A DNA stretch of 64,000 bases from an uncultured bacterium (lineage in GTDB: Bacteria; Hinthialibacterota; Hinthialibacteria; OLB16). The notes under the pieces are model-generated. The model was not told the DNA's origin. It made no database searches and saw nothing but the letters and a program-made list of their open reading frames with translations. Where the stretch lies: positions 169 to 64,168 of the forward strand of contig CAYZUX010000008.1 in the NCBI GenBank assembly GCA_964481775.1, given 5' to 3'. Shown piece by piece: positions 38,971 through 48,383 of this stretch (position 1 is the first letter of the stretch; every line of letters begins with the position of its first letter). The position numbers and the translations under genes were made by a program.

Positions 38971-40383
38971 ATGGACGCAAAGGGTGTACTTAAATTCATC
39001 AAGGAGAAAGGGGCGAAGTTTGTTGATTTCAAGTTCATGGATTTCATTGGAACCTGGCAGCATTTCACTGTTCCCGAGGCTGAAGTCAGCGAATCCAGTT
39101 TCGAGGATGGATATGGTTTTGATGGTTCCAGTATCCGTGGATGGCAGGCGATCAATGAGTCCGACATGCTGTTGCTTCCTGATCCAGCGACAGCATTCCT
39201 GGATCCTTTCTACACGATTCCAACCGTTTCACTGACCTCAACCATTCTGGATCCAATCACCAAAGAACCCTATTCACGCGATCCTCGCTCGATCGCTCTT
39301 AAAGCTGAGGCTTACCTCAAGAGCACCGGCCTGGCGGACACCGCCTTTTTTGGACCCGAGGCTGAGTTTTTCTGCTTCGACAATGTCCAGTATGGCAGCT
39401 CGGCCAACCAGGCCTTCTATTCAGTGGATTCGAATGAGGGGACCTGGAACACAGGCCGTGCTGAGAATCCCAATTTGGGTCACAAACCGCGCCACAAGGA
39501 GGGATACTTCCCCTGCCCGCCTTCCGATGAGCTCGCAAATTTCCGTCAGGATGTGGTTGCCACGCTGTTGGAACTGGGGGTAGCGGTTGAGGCCCACCAT
39601 CATGAGGTCGCCACTGGTGGGCAGTGCGAAATCGATCTGCGCTTCTCGCCACTCGTTCGTATGGCGGATGCCCTGATGACCTACAAATACACAGCCAAGA
39701 ACATCGCCAAGAAGCATGGCAAGACAGTCACCTTTATGCCCAAGCCTCTCTTCGGTGACAATGGTTCCGGAATGCATGTCCACGTCTCCCTTTGGAAGGG
39801 CGGCACTCCGCTCTTTGCGGGCAGCGGTTATGCGGGACTTTCTGACATGGCCCTGAACTTTATCGGCGGTCTGTTGAAACATGCCGCCTCGATTCTGGCC
39901 TTCGCCGCGCCGGGGACCAACTCCTACCGCCGTCTGGTTCCCGGGTATGAAGCACCAGTCAATCTGGCCTATTCACAGCGTAACCGCAGTGCCGCCTGCC
40001 GTATCCCGATGTACTCGCCCTCGCCCAAGGCGAAACGTGTCGAGTTCCGTCCGCCCGACCCGAGCTGCAATCCTTACCTGACCTTCTCGGCCATCCTCAT
40101 GGCCGGCCTGGATGGAATCCAGAACAAGATCGATCCAGGCGATCCGCTCGACAAAAACATTTACGACCTTCCGCCGGAGGAGCTGGCTGCGGTTCCAAGT
40201 GTGCCGGGTTCATTGTCCGAGGCTTTGGATGCTCTGGAGAAAGATCACCAGTACCTGCTCAAAGGTGATGTCTTTACTCAGGATGTGATTGACACTTGGA
40301 TCGAGTACAAGCGGAGCAATGAAGTGGATCCAATCCGCCTGCGCCCGCACCCTTACGAGTTCCACCTGTATTTCGACGCATAA
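38971..40383 (+). CDS. glnA: Glutamine synthetase type I (adenylylatable form)
   Basis: [63 protein letters not shown] and NIYDLPPEE (Tyr adenylylation site). Confidence 0.98.
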   Translation: MDAKGVLKFIKEKGAKFVDFKFMDFIGTWQHFTVPEAEVSESSFEDGYGFDGSSIRGWQAINESDMLLLPDPATAFLDPFYTIPTVSLTSTILDPITKEPYSRDPRSIALKAEAYLKSTGLADTAFFGPEAEFFCFDNVQYGSSANQAFYSVDSNEGTWNTGRAENPNLGHKPRHKEGYFPCPPSDELANFRQDVVATLLELGVAVEAHHHEVATGGQCEIDLRFSPLVRMADALMTYKYTAKNIAKKHGKTVTFMPKPLFGDNGSGMHVHVSLWKGGTPLFAGSGYAGLSDMALNFIGGLLKHAASILAFAAPGTNSYRRLVPGYEAPVNLAYSQRNRSAACRIPMYSPSPKAKRVEFRPPDPSCNPYLTFSAILMAGLDGIQNKIDPGDPLDKNIYDLPPEELAAVPSVPGSLSEALDALEKDHQYLLKGDVFTQDVIDTWIEYKRSNEVDPIRLRPHPYEFHLYFDA

Positions 40384-40400
40384 GACAAAGGACCAGTCCT

Positions 40401-40436
40401 GGCCCTCTCCCTGTTGCATGGAGAGGGCCGGTTTTC
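40401..40436 (+). terminator. Hairpin after glnA
   Basis: GGCCCTCTCC-ctgttgcat-GGAGAGGGCC followed by ggttttc. Confidence 0.6.
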
Positions 40437-40617
40437 AGTCATCAAGCCGCCCGCGCCCCGGTGAGGTCTAAAGCCCGCCGGGGCGCTCTTCGTGGGCCAG
40501 CCAGCCAGAGGATGATTGTTTCACATCTATCCAAATCTTCTGAAAGATTCATGGTTGTTTAACTCCCCACGATCAAGTCGATTCCTCTCTCTTCGATAAG
40601 GAAGGGGTGTATATCTG

Positions 40618-41001
40618 TTATGAGATAATCTGTTTACTGATAGGTGGGAATCTGGATGGGTTCTTGATAGATTCAACTGAAAGGTCCACATCCAAAGCGG
40701 GCCAATACAAGTGATTGGGTGTCAAGGCCTCAACCTCTGTAATCTGCGCGATGGTGGCTTCACGGAACCAAGGAAATTCTGAGAACGGAAGAAAGAATTC
40801 ATCTTCGTTCTCATCGCCCAAACGCTGCGCTCGATGGATGTCACGCTCAGAGAGCCCATGGCTCGCCGCAAGCACAATTTCTGGTTCGAGCCAGAAATTG
40901 GCCTCTCCTCCATGTCCGATTGTGTGAACAGGGATTCACCTTTCTTCCCGTGAAAAGAAGAAAAAGCGGAATCCATCCTCGATGAAAACAGCCGGTGCCA
41001 T
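40618..41001 (-). pseudogene. Fused remnant of a DUF4160-DUF2442 gene pair (putative toxin-antitoxin) with internal TGA
   Basis: One frame reads MAPAVFIEDGFRFFFFSREER-TGA(40936-38)-IPVHT..ANFWLEPEIVLA (DUF4160-like), joined directly to FFLPFSEFPWFREATI..HLYWPALDVDLSVESIKNPSRFP (DUF2442-like). Confidence 0.8.
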
Positions 41002-41072
41002 CGAAGTGTGCAATATCATCTCATCCATCGACACCTCCACGATGCGGTTTGTTGGAGTTGCCAGAACGCCCC

Positions 41073-44000
41073 TCAATACCCCTCCCACGCCTTGATCTCA
41101 GCGGGCGGAACCCCGAATGAGATGGTCTCCGTTTCGAGTTCATGGACAAATCGAATCAACAGGTGAGGAGACTTGGTCTGCCAACCTTCGGAAGTGGTAT
41201 CGATGTTGGTCACCTTGGGGAGTGTGGTTTCCCCCTCCCAGACATTCCCGCCCACTGGTTGTGTCCACCCCGCCACAAGCAGGCGTGTGGTCTCCCCTAC
41301 CTTGTTTTTAATATTCAGAGAGATGTACTGACCGGGGACAAACGATTGGACAGTCATATCATCCACAAGACCGGTTATAAGAACTGTACCGGTCTGGGAT
41401 GCCTGTGCTGAACCCAGCTGGAGCGTGGTCAGCTCAGGTGACTTGTCCAGCATGAAATAGACATTTTTGAGGATATCCTCGGGATTGATATAGACCGGTT
41501 GAGGATTGTTACCCACCATGTTCCAGCCATCCGGGTAGGTTCCCATGAGAGAACCGGGGGTGACGACCTGTTGATGGATCCCGCTGGTAGCAACACCCTC
41601 CGCAATGGTGCGCCAGTCATAGGAGGAATCATGATTCGCCAGCAGGAAGAGAGCATGCGAATAGACCAGTCCGTTCCATTGGACTGCCTTGCCAAACCAG
41701 GAGCCGGTATAGAAGGTAGCGCCGAACACCGGCACACTCCCATAGCGCATGGTGGTCCGGTCGGGTGGATTCCAGAACCACAGGAATGGCAATCCCGCTC
41801 TGGCCCAGTAGATGGCTTCATCCAGGTAGCTGCTGTCCCCAAAGGCTTCATAACCGGCCACAAAGGCCTCCACCGCCTGTCCGGCAGCGAGGAGATCCGG
41901 TGTGTGTTGAGGGATCTCCCAGGTCTGCGCAGCGCGTGGCACGGTGAAGGTCTTCATGTGTTCCAAGGAACGTTTTCCGCCATTCAGGAAATCTGCCCGT
42001 TTGAGCTGCCGTCCCATGCTGAGTAATTGATAGGCACGTCGTGCGGTCCAACCCAGCTCCCGGTCATTGGCGTCATATAAGCTTGGGTCCCCAAAGGGAG
42101 GATAGGAGCCATCGTTACGCAGTTGGGAGATCTGTCCCAGGCCCATCGAGACCATTGAGTTGATGCCGGCATTCATTTCTCCAAAAACGAAGGGAGCCTG
42201 GACACCAAAAATGTGTAAACCGGATTGACTGGTGAGAACTGAGGCTCCGCTGGTCTGGATGTAGTACTGAATTGCCTCAAGGGCACGGTCTTTCGCTGTG
42301 ATGCTGCCGGTGGTGAGGTAATCGAGCCAGAGGAGATAGGCGAATCCCGGCGTCTGGCTACAACTGAATCCGGTGGCGTGTTGCCAGCATTTCGTATCCT
42401 CTCCCCACAGGGTGGTCAGGAAAGCCTCGCGGGAGGCCACTACAGTTTCCTCGAGAGTCCGGGGCAGGGGATAAGGCGGTGGCTGATGGCCATGCAGATC
42501 CAGCCACTGATCCACCAGGTCGAGGATCGTTGTACAGGTGGCCTGAACGACAATCCGGGTACTCAGGTGAACAGTTTCTCCGGTTTTCATGGGGTAGGGG
42601 TTTGCAGCATGAAGCGAGTTGACCGGCACAAAGTCAGGGATGGAGGGAGCAAAGATTTCAAGGCGGTGATTTTCCTGGCCATCCAGGAAATTTGGTGAAG
42701 CGAATAAGGCAGTCGGTTTGATCTTTCCCTCCGCCCACTCCTGAGTCGCTTCCCAGACCAGCCCAGCCAGCAGATTGTCTGGAGTGAGCACACCCATTCC
42801 GGGGATCGTGACAAAATGGGGGTCAGGGGCATAACGCAGGTTCTGAGGGGGGGCAATATCCAGAGTGGAGGAGGAAACCTCCCCGGAGATCAGCCATTCG
42901 ACACCAGGGAAAAGGGCCTCCTGCTGTGATGCTCCATAAGCCCGTTCTCCTACCTTGAGGTTGATGGGTGCGAAACGGTACAGATCCACCGCTTGGGAGG
43001 CTGTGAGATGGCCATCGGCCTGCATAAAGGTGCTGTCAGCGCTCACGGCAAGATCGAGTCGATAGGAGGCATTCAAACCCAGGTCTCCCAGGAGGTTGGA
43101 GGTGAACCGGATGGAGGCTGAGTCGGGATTGTCCGATAGAACCTGGGCATTGGAGGGCTGGACCTGAGCCGATTTGAGAAGGGGATTCCCCGGTGCGGCC
43201 AGGATGACATCCCCCACTGGGGAGAGCACACCTGCAAGGAGCCAATCAGCTCCGGAGCTGGAACGGCCATAGAGGTAAATGGGTCCGAATCCACCTGGAT
43301 TGGATACGGCCACGGCCCTTAAGCGTGAGGATTGAAGAACCATGTTGCCGGACGCATCGGTAACTGCGTGGGCATTGTCAGTTGCCGGTATCGAATCAGG
43401 GTCGGGAGGAGGACTCGAGACCAGCACCCGCGCAGATTGGGTATTGTGCGGCGTGCTCCCGCCAAGATCCACCGAGACGTTGATCGTGCGGATCCCGGGA
43501 TCCTGAGAGGCTTGCACACTCCAGGTGGCCTGTTTGGAGGGGCCACCTGGGACCAGGCTACCCACACCATTTTCCAAGTCTGCCGAGAGCAGGGAAATCT
43601 CTGGGGGTAAGGTAAGGGTCAGGGTGGCTGCGGACACTGTTTCGGTCCCAAGGTTTTTCACTTCGGCACGAATCTCGAAGGTTTCCCCTTTCTGAACGAC
43701 ACTCCGGTCTGGCCCGAAAGTGACAAACTGGACATTGTGTTTCGAGGGAAGTACCCAGATCCGGTTGATCCGGAACTGCCCGGTATTCCCCTGGCTGGTC
43801 GGATCGATCCGCAACTGGGTAATGGTCCCTTTCCAGGTCGTGAGGTTTTCCAGCGGGATCTCGTAAACATGGAAATCCACTCCAGCCTGGATATTGAAGT
43901 GGGTCGACTTGGCCTCGCTCCAGACAGGGTCGGTGGAAGTGATCCAGAAAAGCTGGGCGGAGGTACCCACATCCACGCGCATATCCACCACCAGGGAACC

Positions 44001-44672
44001 AGCTTCGATGGCCCCCAGATCCAACATGGGACCATGCAGAAAAGGATCGTTCCCGGTAATTGTGCCACGCAGTGTTCCCCCACTGGTGGTTAATGCATTC
44101 ATTCCATGGACAGCGGTCCAGCCTTCCGTGTCACCCGTGATGCCGAATTCCCACATCCGGCTGGGCGGAGCAGAAAGACACATGAAGTAGTCAATCTGGA
44201 CAGTTCCCGAGTTGGCACTGTTACCGGGATCGAGACGGTACCGTACGATCGTGTTATTCCAGGCATCATTCGCCCGCATATCCACCAGATAGGTGTGCCA
44301 TTGGTTATCGGAAAGGATGGAAAAAACCACGCTTTTGTCGGCGGAGAAATTTGGAGAGGTGGTGGTGGCGAAGAACAGCTCCGCGCCATTGTCTCCTGAG
44401 TTTGTTTTCATACGGATGGCGAGGTATGGATAGGCGGTCCCACTGAAGGAAACGGAAGGACCAAACATGTAAGGGTCGGAGCCGGTGATCTGGGTGGTCA
44501 GGACACCATTACTTACTGTAAAAGAGCTGAGGGAATGAGTTGGCGACCACCCTTCGGCATTCCCAGTATTGAGGAAGTCATACTGAAGAGTTGAATTGGG
44601 AATGGTTGCTCAGGCAAATCCCAGTGGAGCATTCAAAACGAGTAACAAGGTGAATACCTTACGAATTGACAC
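41073..44672 (-). pseudogene. Large secreted glycosidase-like protein (2 CBM-like repeats, CARDB-like domain, putative catalytic domain) with in-frame TGA at codon 21
   Basis: SD AGGAGG and GTG 44672, then MSIRKVFTLLLVLNAPLGFA-TGA(44610-12)-ATIPNSTLQYDF..., in frame with ORF 41073-44468. The repeat (W/Y)xF...N/DxEGW...L...ITGxDP(Y/F)..GP occurs twice, once on each side of 44468. Confidence 0.7.
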
Positions 44673-44774
44673 GAAAATGGGCCTCCTGGGATTTGGAAGA
44701 TTCGAAAAAAGATTGATAGAAAAAATCCGGTTTTGATGGATTAATCTGATTGTATCAGCGGCTTGAGTGTGATG

Positions 44775-45608
44775 TCAGCGTTCCTCCAGGCGGTCAGGTT
44801 GGGCGGTGCCCACCCACAGCGGGGCTTCCGGCATGAGACGGTGGAAGAAACGCTCCAGGCTGCCCGGATCATCAGAAACAAAGTACCGTGAAGAGACAGC
44901 AGAACCCTTGGGAGTTTCGATACCTCTTGCACCCAAAATCCGGGCAACCGCCTCGGCGGTGCATTCAGCGCTGTCAACCACCGTAACTCCCGGCCCCACT
45001 GTCTCCTGGATGGCTTCTCGCAGGAGTGGGTAGTGAGTACATCCCAGGATCAGAGTATCGATACCCTGATCAAGCAAGGGACTTAAATATTCCTTCGCGA
45101 TCAATCGGGTGGCGGTATGGTTCTCCATGCGTTCTTCGGCCAAGGGCACAAACAGCGGACAGGCGGTGCTGTAAACCCGGGCTTGCGGGAGACGTTCCAG
45201 CAGAGCACGTTCATAAGCGGCACTGTTGATGGTGGCCAGTGTTCCGATGACTCCCACACACTGGTTGCGGGTTTTCATCACGGCGGCCTCCACGCCGGGT
45301 TCAATCACTCCCAGCACTGGCCCATCGAACTCCTCTGCCACGCAATCCAGAGCGGTTGCCGTACAGGTATTGCAGGCGGCTACTATCATCTTGACGCCTT
45401 GACGGCGAAGGAAGCGGGTGATTTCGCGAGTAAAGCGGCGGATGGTCTCGGTCGACTTGGGACCATAGGGAACCCGTGCAGTATCTCCAAAGTAGAGGAT
45501 GGATTCATCAGGAAGACGTTTGCGCAGGGCGCGTACCACGGTGAGACCGCCAAGGCCAGAATCAAAAACACCAATAGGTTTGTCCAGTTCGAGCACGGGA
45601 TTCGTCAT
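44775..45608 (-). CDS. murI: Glutamate racemase
   Basis: IGVFDSGLGGLTV, DTARVPYG, ACNT and LGCTHYP (both catalytic Cys). Confidence 0.97.
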   Translation of the reverse strand: MTNPVLELDKPIGVFDSGLGGLTVVRALRKRLPDESILYFGDTARVPYGPKSTETIRRFTREITRFLRRQGVKMIVAACNTCTATALDCVAEEFDGPVLGVIEPGVEAAVMKTRNQCVGVIGTLATINSAAYERALLERLPQARVYSTACPLFVPLAEERMENHTATRLIAKEYLSPLLDQGIDTLILGCTHYPLLREAIQETVGPGVTVVDSAECTAEAVARILGARGIETPKGSAVSSRYFVSDDPGSLERFFHRLMPEAPLWVGTAQPDRLEER

Positions 45609-45620
45609 CGAGTGTGTGTT

Positions 45621-46301
45621 TCAGTTCGTTGACTGCGCTCCAAGCCAATCTTCAGAGGGGGAGAAAGGTTCTGAGAGAACGATCCCGCCCGGGCTCGAAT
45701 CAGTCTCTTTTCCATCCACCAGGAAACGGACAAATTGGAAGTCAGAGCCCAGGTTAGTCACTGTGTGAACCACCGAATAAAGACACAGCCCCACAGTTAC
45801 TGGATCGGCATTAGTCCAGCTTTCCGGCAGCTTGGCGATGTCGATGTAGACAGTCCTGGTGTCGCGGTCATAGAAGGCGGACCGGAATTGAATCTCAGGT
45901 GGAACCGCAGGGCGAAGAGCAGGTGAAGCCGGGGGGGCACGGAGTGCTTCAAGAACTCGCAGGACCTTGCCCATCGTGTGGGGTGCTCCCGCGACCGGCC
46001 GGTCTTCATAGACAAGCTGTTCCGTCAGGGGGTTCACACAAAAAATCCGGGCTTTGAAGGAACCGGTCGCTTTGAGAAGCGGGTCTTCCGTGGTCGTTCC
46101 TGTTTGCAGAACAGAGGCAATGGATTCCGAGGTGGACTCCACCAGGGGTACCTGACCCGAGAGCAGGCCTGAACGCCAGACAAAGACCAGTGTGATCGTC
46201 AGGATCCCCAATAACAGCAGGGTGACCACAATCAACCAGGCAAATATGAATTCGTTGCGTGCCACTTCAACCTTTCCGTAACTGCGCGAGAGACTGTCCA
46301 A
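45621..46301 (-). CDS. GerMN domain membrane-anchored protein
   Basis: N-terminal TM; VYIDI, YSVVHTVTNL and VRFLVDGKE; located between an amidase-like gene and murI. Confidence 0.8.
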   Translation of the reverse strand: MDSLSRSYGKVEVARNEFIFAWLIVVTLLLLGILTITLVFVWRSGLLSGQVPLVESTSESIASVLQTGTTTEDPLLKATGSFKARIFCVNPLTEQLVYEDRPVAGAPHTMGKVLRVLEALRAPPASPALRPAVPPEIQFRSAFYDRDTRTVYIDIAKLPESWTNADPVTVGLCLYSVVHTVTNLGSDFQFVRFLVDGKETDSSPGGIVLSEPFSPSEDWLGAQSTN

Positions 46302-47313
46302 TCACTTCGGCGGCCTTCCGAGCTTCTTCTTTCACATGCCCTGGATCGAGCCCGATGGTGAGCAGGACACCCGGAACTTCCCGTCCCTGCAGAACGTCGA
46401 TGGGGGCGCTACGCAGTCCAATTGAACGTTTTTCTCCAAAAACTCCCACATAATTCCGGTACATCAGGTCGGCGATGGCACGGCTGTCGCGCTTGTGGTT
46501 CAGGCTCACCCGGCTCCACTCATACAACCGGGTTCCTTTGACCTCGGTGGATAATCCGGGAGCATCGTAATAGCAGAAGGATGAACGCAAAGGAGGAGAG
46601 GCAGCCTCAACCCGCAAGGCAACCAGGGCATCCGCTTCCACATAACTCTTTTCCGGGGTTTTGGGATCCCAATTGACCGAGGTGAGCTTGATCCCATTGG
46701 CATCCAGTACCTTGCGCAGTTCGCCAGCCATGATCCCGGCGGGAGTGGTTTTTTCGCCAGTTCCCTCCGCGATCACGGACTTTGAGGGAAGGAGAATCGC
46801 CAGCACATTCTGAATAGGCTTGTCGCCCCCCATCTCTGAGGGGGGTGGTTCTTCCGGAACTGCCCCGGATGATGCGCCTTCTTCAGGAGTGGGTTCGGGT
46901 TCTTCCACTTCCTGACCGGGGAGTTGGTAATTGGGGTAACGTTTGAACACAGCCTCCAGTAAGCCGCGTGAAACGTAAACCTCGCCACGCCGCTGGGTAG
47001 GAGCATCCGGCCATTCCACGATCTCGGTTCCCACACGGCCCAGAGGAGATTCCACCACCAGTGCAAAGGTCAATCCACTTTCAGGTTCTTTGAGAATGGC
47101 GCGCCGAAGGAGTGCATTCCATGAAAGGGAAGCTCCCAAAACCGCCTGGATATCCGTGAGTGAATAGATATTCCGGTCGCCCGCTGTTTCATCTATCGGA
47201 ACTTTCTCCAGTAAGGTATCCAGGACACCTTGAGCAGGGAGGGGAGTCTGATTCGTCAACAGACAGATGAGAATCAGGAAGGATTTTCCTGTCAAGCAGG
47301 ACCGCCGGTTCAT
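46267..47313 (-). CDS. N-acetylmuramoyl-L-alanine amidase (Amidase_3)-like protein with degenerate active site
   Basis: Signal peptide, N-terminal stalk-like domain, PE-rich linker, then EKTT..ELRKVL..G, ADALVALRVEA, DSRAIA, APIDVL and PGVLLTIG, aligning to Amidase_3 secondary-structure motifs. Confidence 0.65.
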   Translation of the reverse strand: MNRRSCLTGKSFLILICLLTNQTPLPAQGVLDTLLEKVPIDETAGDRNIYSLTDIQAVLGASLSWNALLRRAILKEPESGLTFALVVESPLGRVGTEIVEWPDAPTQRRGEVYVSRGLLEAVFKRYPNYQLPGQEVEEPEPTPEEGASSGAVPEEPPPSEMGGDKPIQNVLAILLPSKSVIAEGTGEKTTPAGIMAGELRKVLDANGIKLTSVNWDPKTPEKSYVEADALVALRVEAASPPLRSSFCYYDAPGLSTEVKGTRLYEWSRVSLNHKRDSRAIADLMYRNYVGVFGEKRSIGLRSAPIDVLQGREVPGVLLTIGLDPGHVKEEARKAAEVIGQSLAQLRKG

Positions 47314-47363
47314 GCGGGCATCTTAGCAGTCCCGTTTCCCTTCCGGCAACGGTGGTGGTGGGA

Positions 47364-48383
47364 TCAGGTGGAGGAGATGGTTTTTTTCCTCTTTTCAATC
47401 AATTCAACCGACGACGTAAAGACCTTCTCCACCGTCAGGGACTTCATGCACTCGCGCCCAAGCGGGCATTCACGCAGGAAGCAGGGTGAACAGGGGACAT
47501 CAGACTGAAGAACTTTATGATGCGGGGCCTGTGGACCAGTCCAGGAAGAGTCCGTCGATCCGAACAAGGCCACAGCGGGTACCCCCAGGGCGTCGGCCAG
47601 ATGCATCGGGCCGCTGTCATTGGTGATCAGGCAAGTGCATAGCGAAAGGAGGGCCATCATTTCCCTCAGGCTGGTCTGTCCGGAGAGGTTCACCCCTTGG
47701 TTACCAGCCAGACCATCGAGTATGAAAGCACCTTGGTCGTGGTCTTTTTCCGTCCCCAATACCATGACGAAACAACCCTGTCTGGAAAGCCTATGAGCGG
47801 TCTCCCGGAACCACTCCGGTTCCCAGCGCTTGGCCGATCCAAATGCCGCTCCCGGTGTGATACCGAGTAGAGACGTGGAGTCAGTGGCTCCCAACCTGGA
47901 AAGACATTCCTGTGCCCAGCAGATTTCCTTTTCCGAAAGAAAGAGTTCCGGTTGACGGTATATGGGGGCACACCGCCAGGATCTGGGGAGGAGATGAAGG
48001 TAATAGTCCACCATGTGCAGGTATCGTACCCGCGGACCGCAGAAGACTCCGCGGGTTAGCAGAGGCCCTCTCCAGTCGCGCCGGTATCCGATCCGTTCCG
48101 GGATTCCCAGGCTTTTGGCGGTCTTGGCTGATGAGAAGGAATTGGTCAACAGATAGATCCTGTCGAATGCGGTTTCCCTGATTGGTTCGAGAAGCTCCGG
48201 ATTGTTCTTTTCATCCAGAGCGAAAATGAAATCGATGCCGGGGAATTGCTCGAAAAGAACCGCTGTGTGTGCCGGACCCCAAACCGAGCAAGATCCTTCC
48301 TTTTCAATGATCAGGCGGATGGCGGGCACTGCCATCACGGTATCCCCGATCCAGTTGGGTAGACGGACAAGGACTTTGCTCAT
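47364..48383 (-). CDS. waaF: Lipopolysaccharide heptosyltransferase II (GT9)
   Basis: RLPNWIGDTVMA, PGAAFGSAKRW, LSGQTSL, TNDSGPMHLA and CSPCFLRECP. Confidence 0.92.
   Translation of the reverse strand: MSKVLVRLPNWIGDTVMAVPAIRLIIEKEGSCSVWGPAHTAVLFEQFPGIDFIFALDEKNNPELLEPIRETAFDRIYLLTNSFSSAKTAKSLGIPERIGYRRDWRGPLLTRGVFCGPRVRYLHMVDYYLHLLPRSWRCAPIYRQPELFLSEKEICWAQECLSRLGATDSTSLLGITPGAAFGSAKRWEPEWFRETAHRLSRQGCFVMVLGTEKDHDQGAFILDGLAGNQGVNLSGQTSLREMMALLSLCTCLITNDSGPMHLADALGVPAVALFGSTDSSWTGPQAPHHKVLQSDVPCSPCFLRECPLGRECMKSLTVEKVFTSSVELIEKRKKTISST

Noticed and set aside
19704-44612. Alternative genetic code (TAG or TGA reassigned) explaining the in-frame stops
   Set aside because: Conserved genes end at the expected position with TAG (ddl, nuoD, nuoH, nuoI) and TGA (nuoJ, nuoM, murI, ggt), so both codons are normal stops.
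44610-44612. Selenocysteine at the TGA
   Set aside because: The position is a signal-peptide cleavage site, not a redox site, and no SECIS-like hairpin follows.
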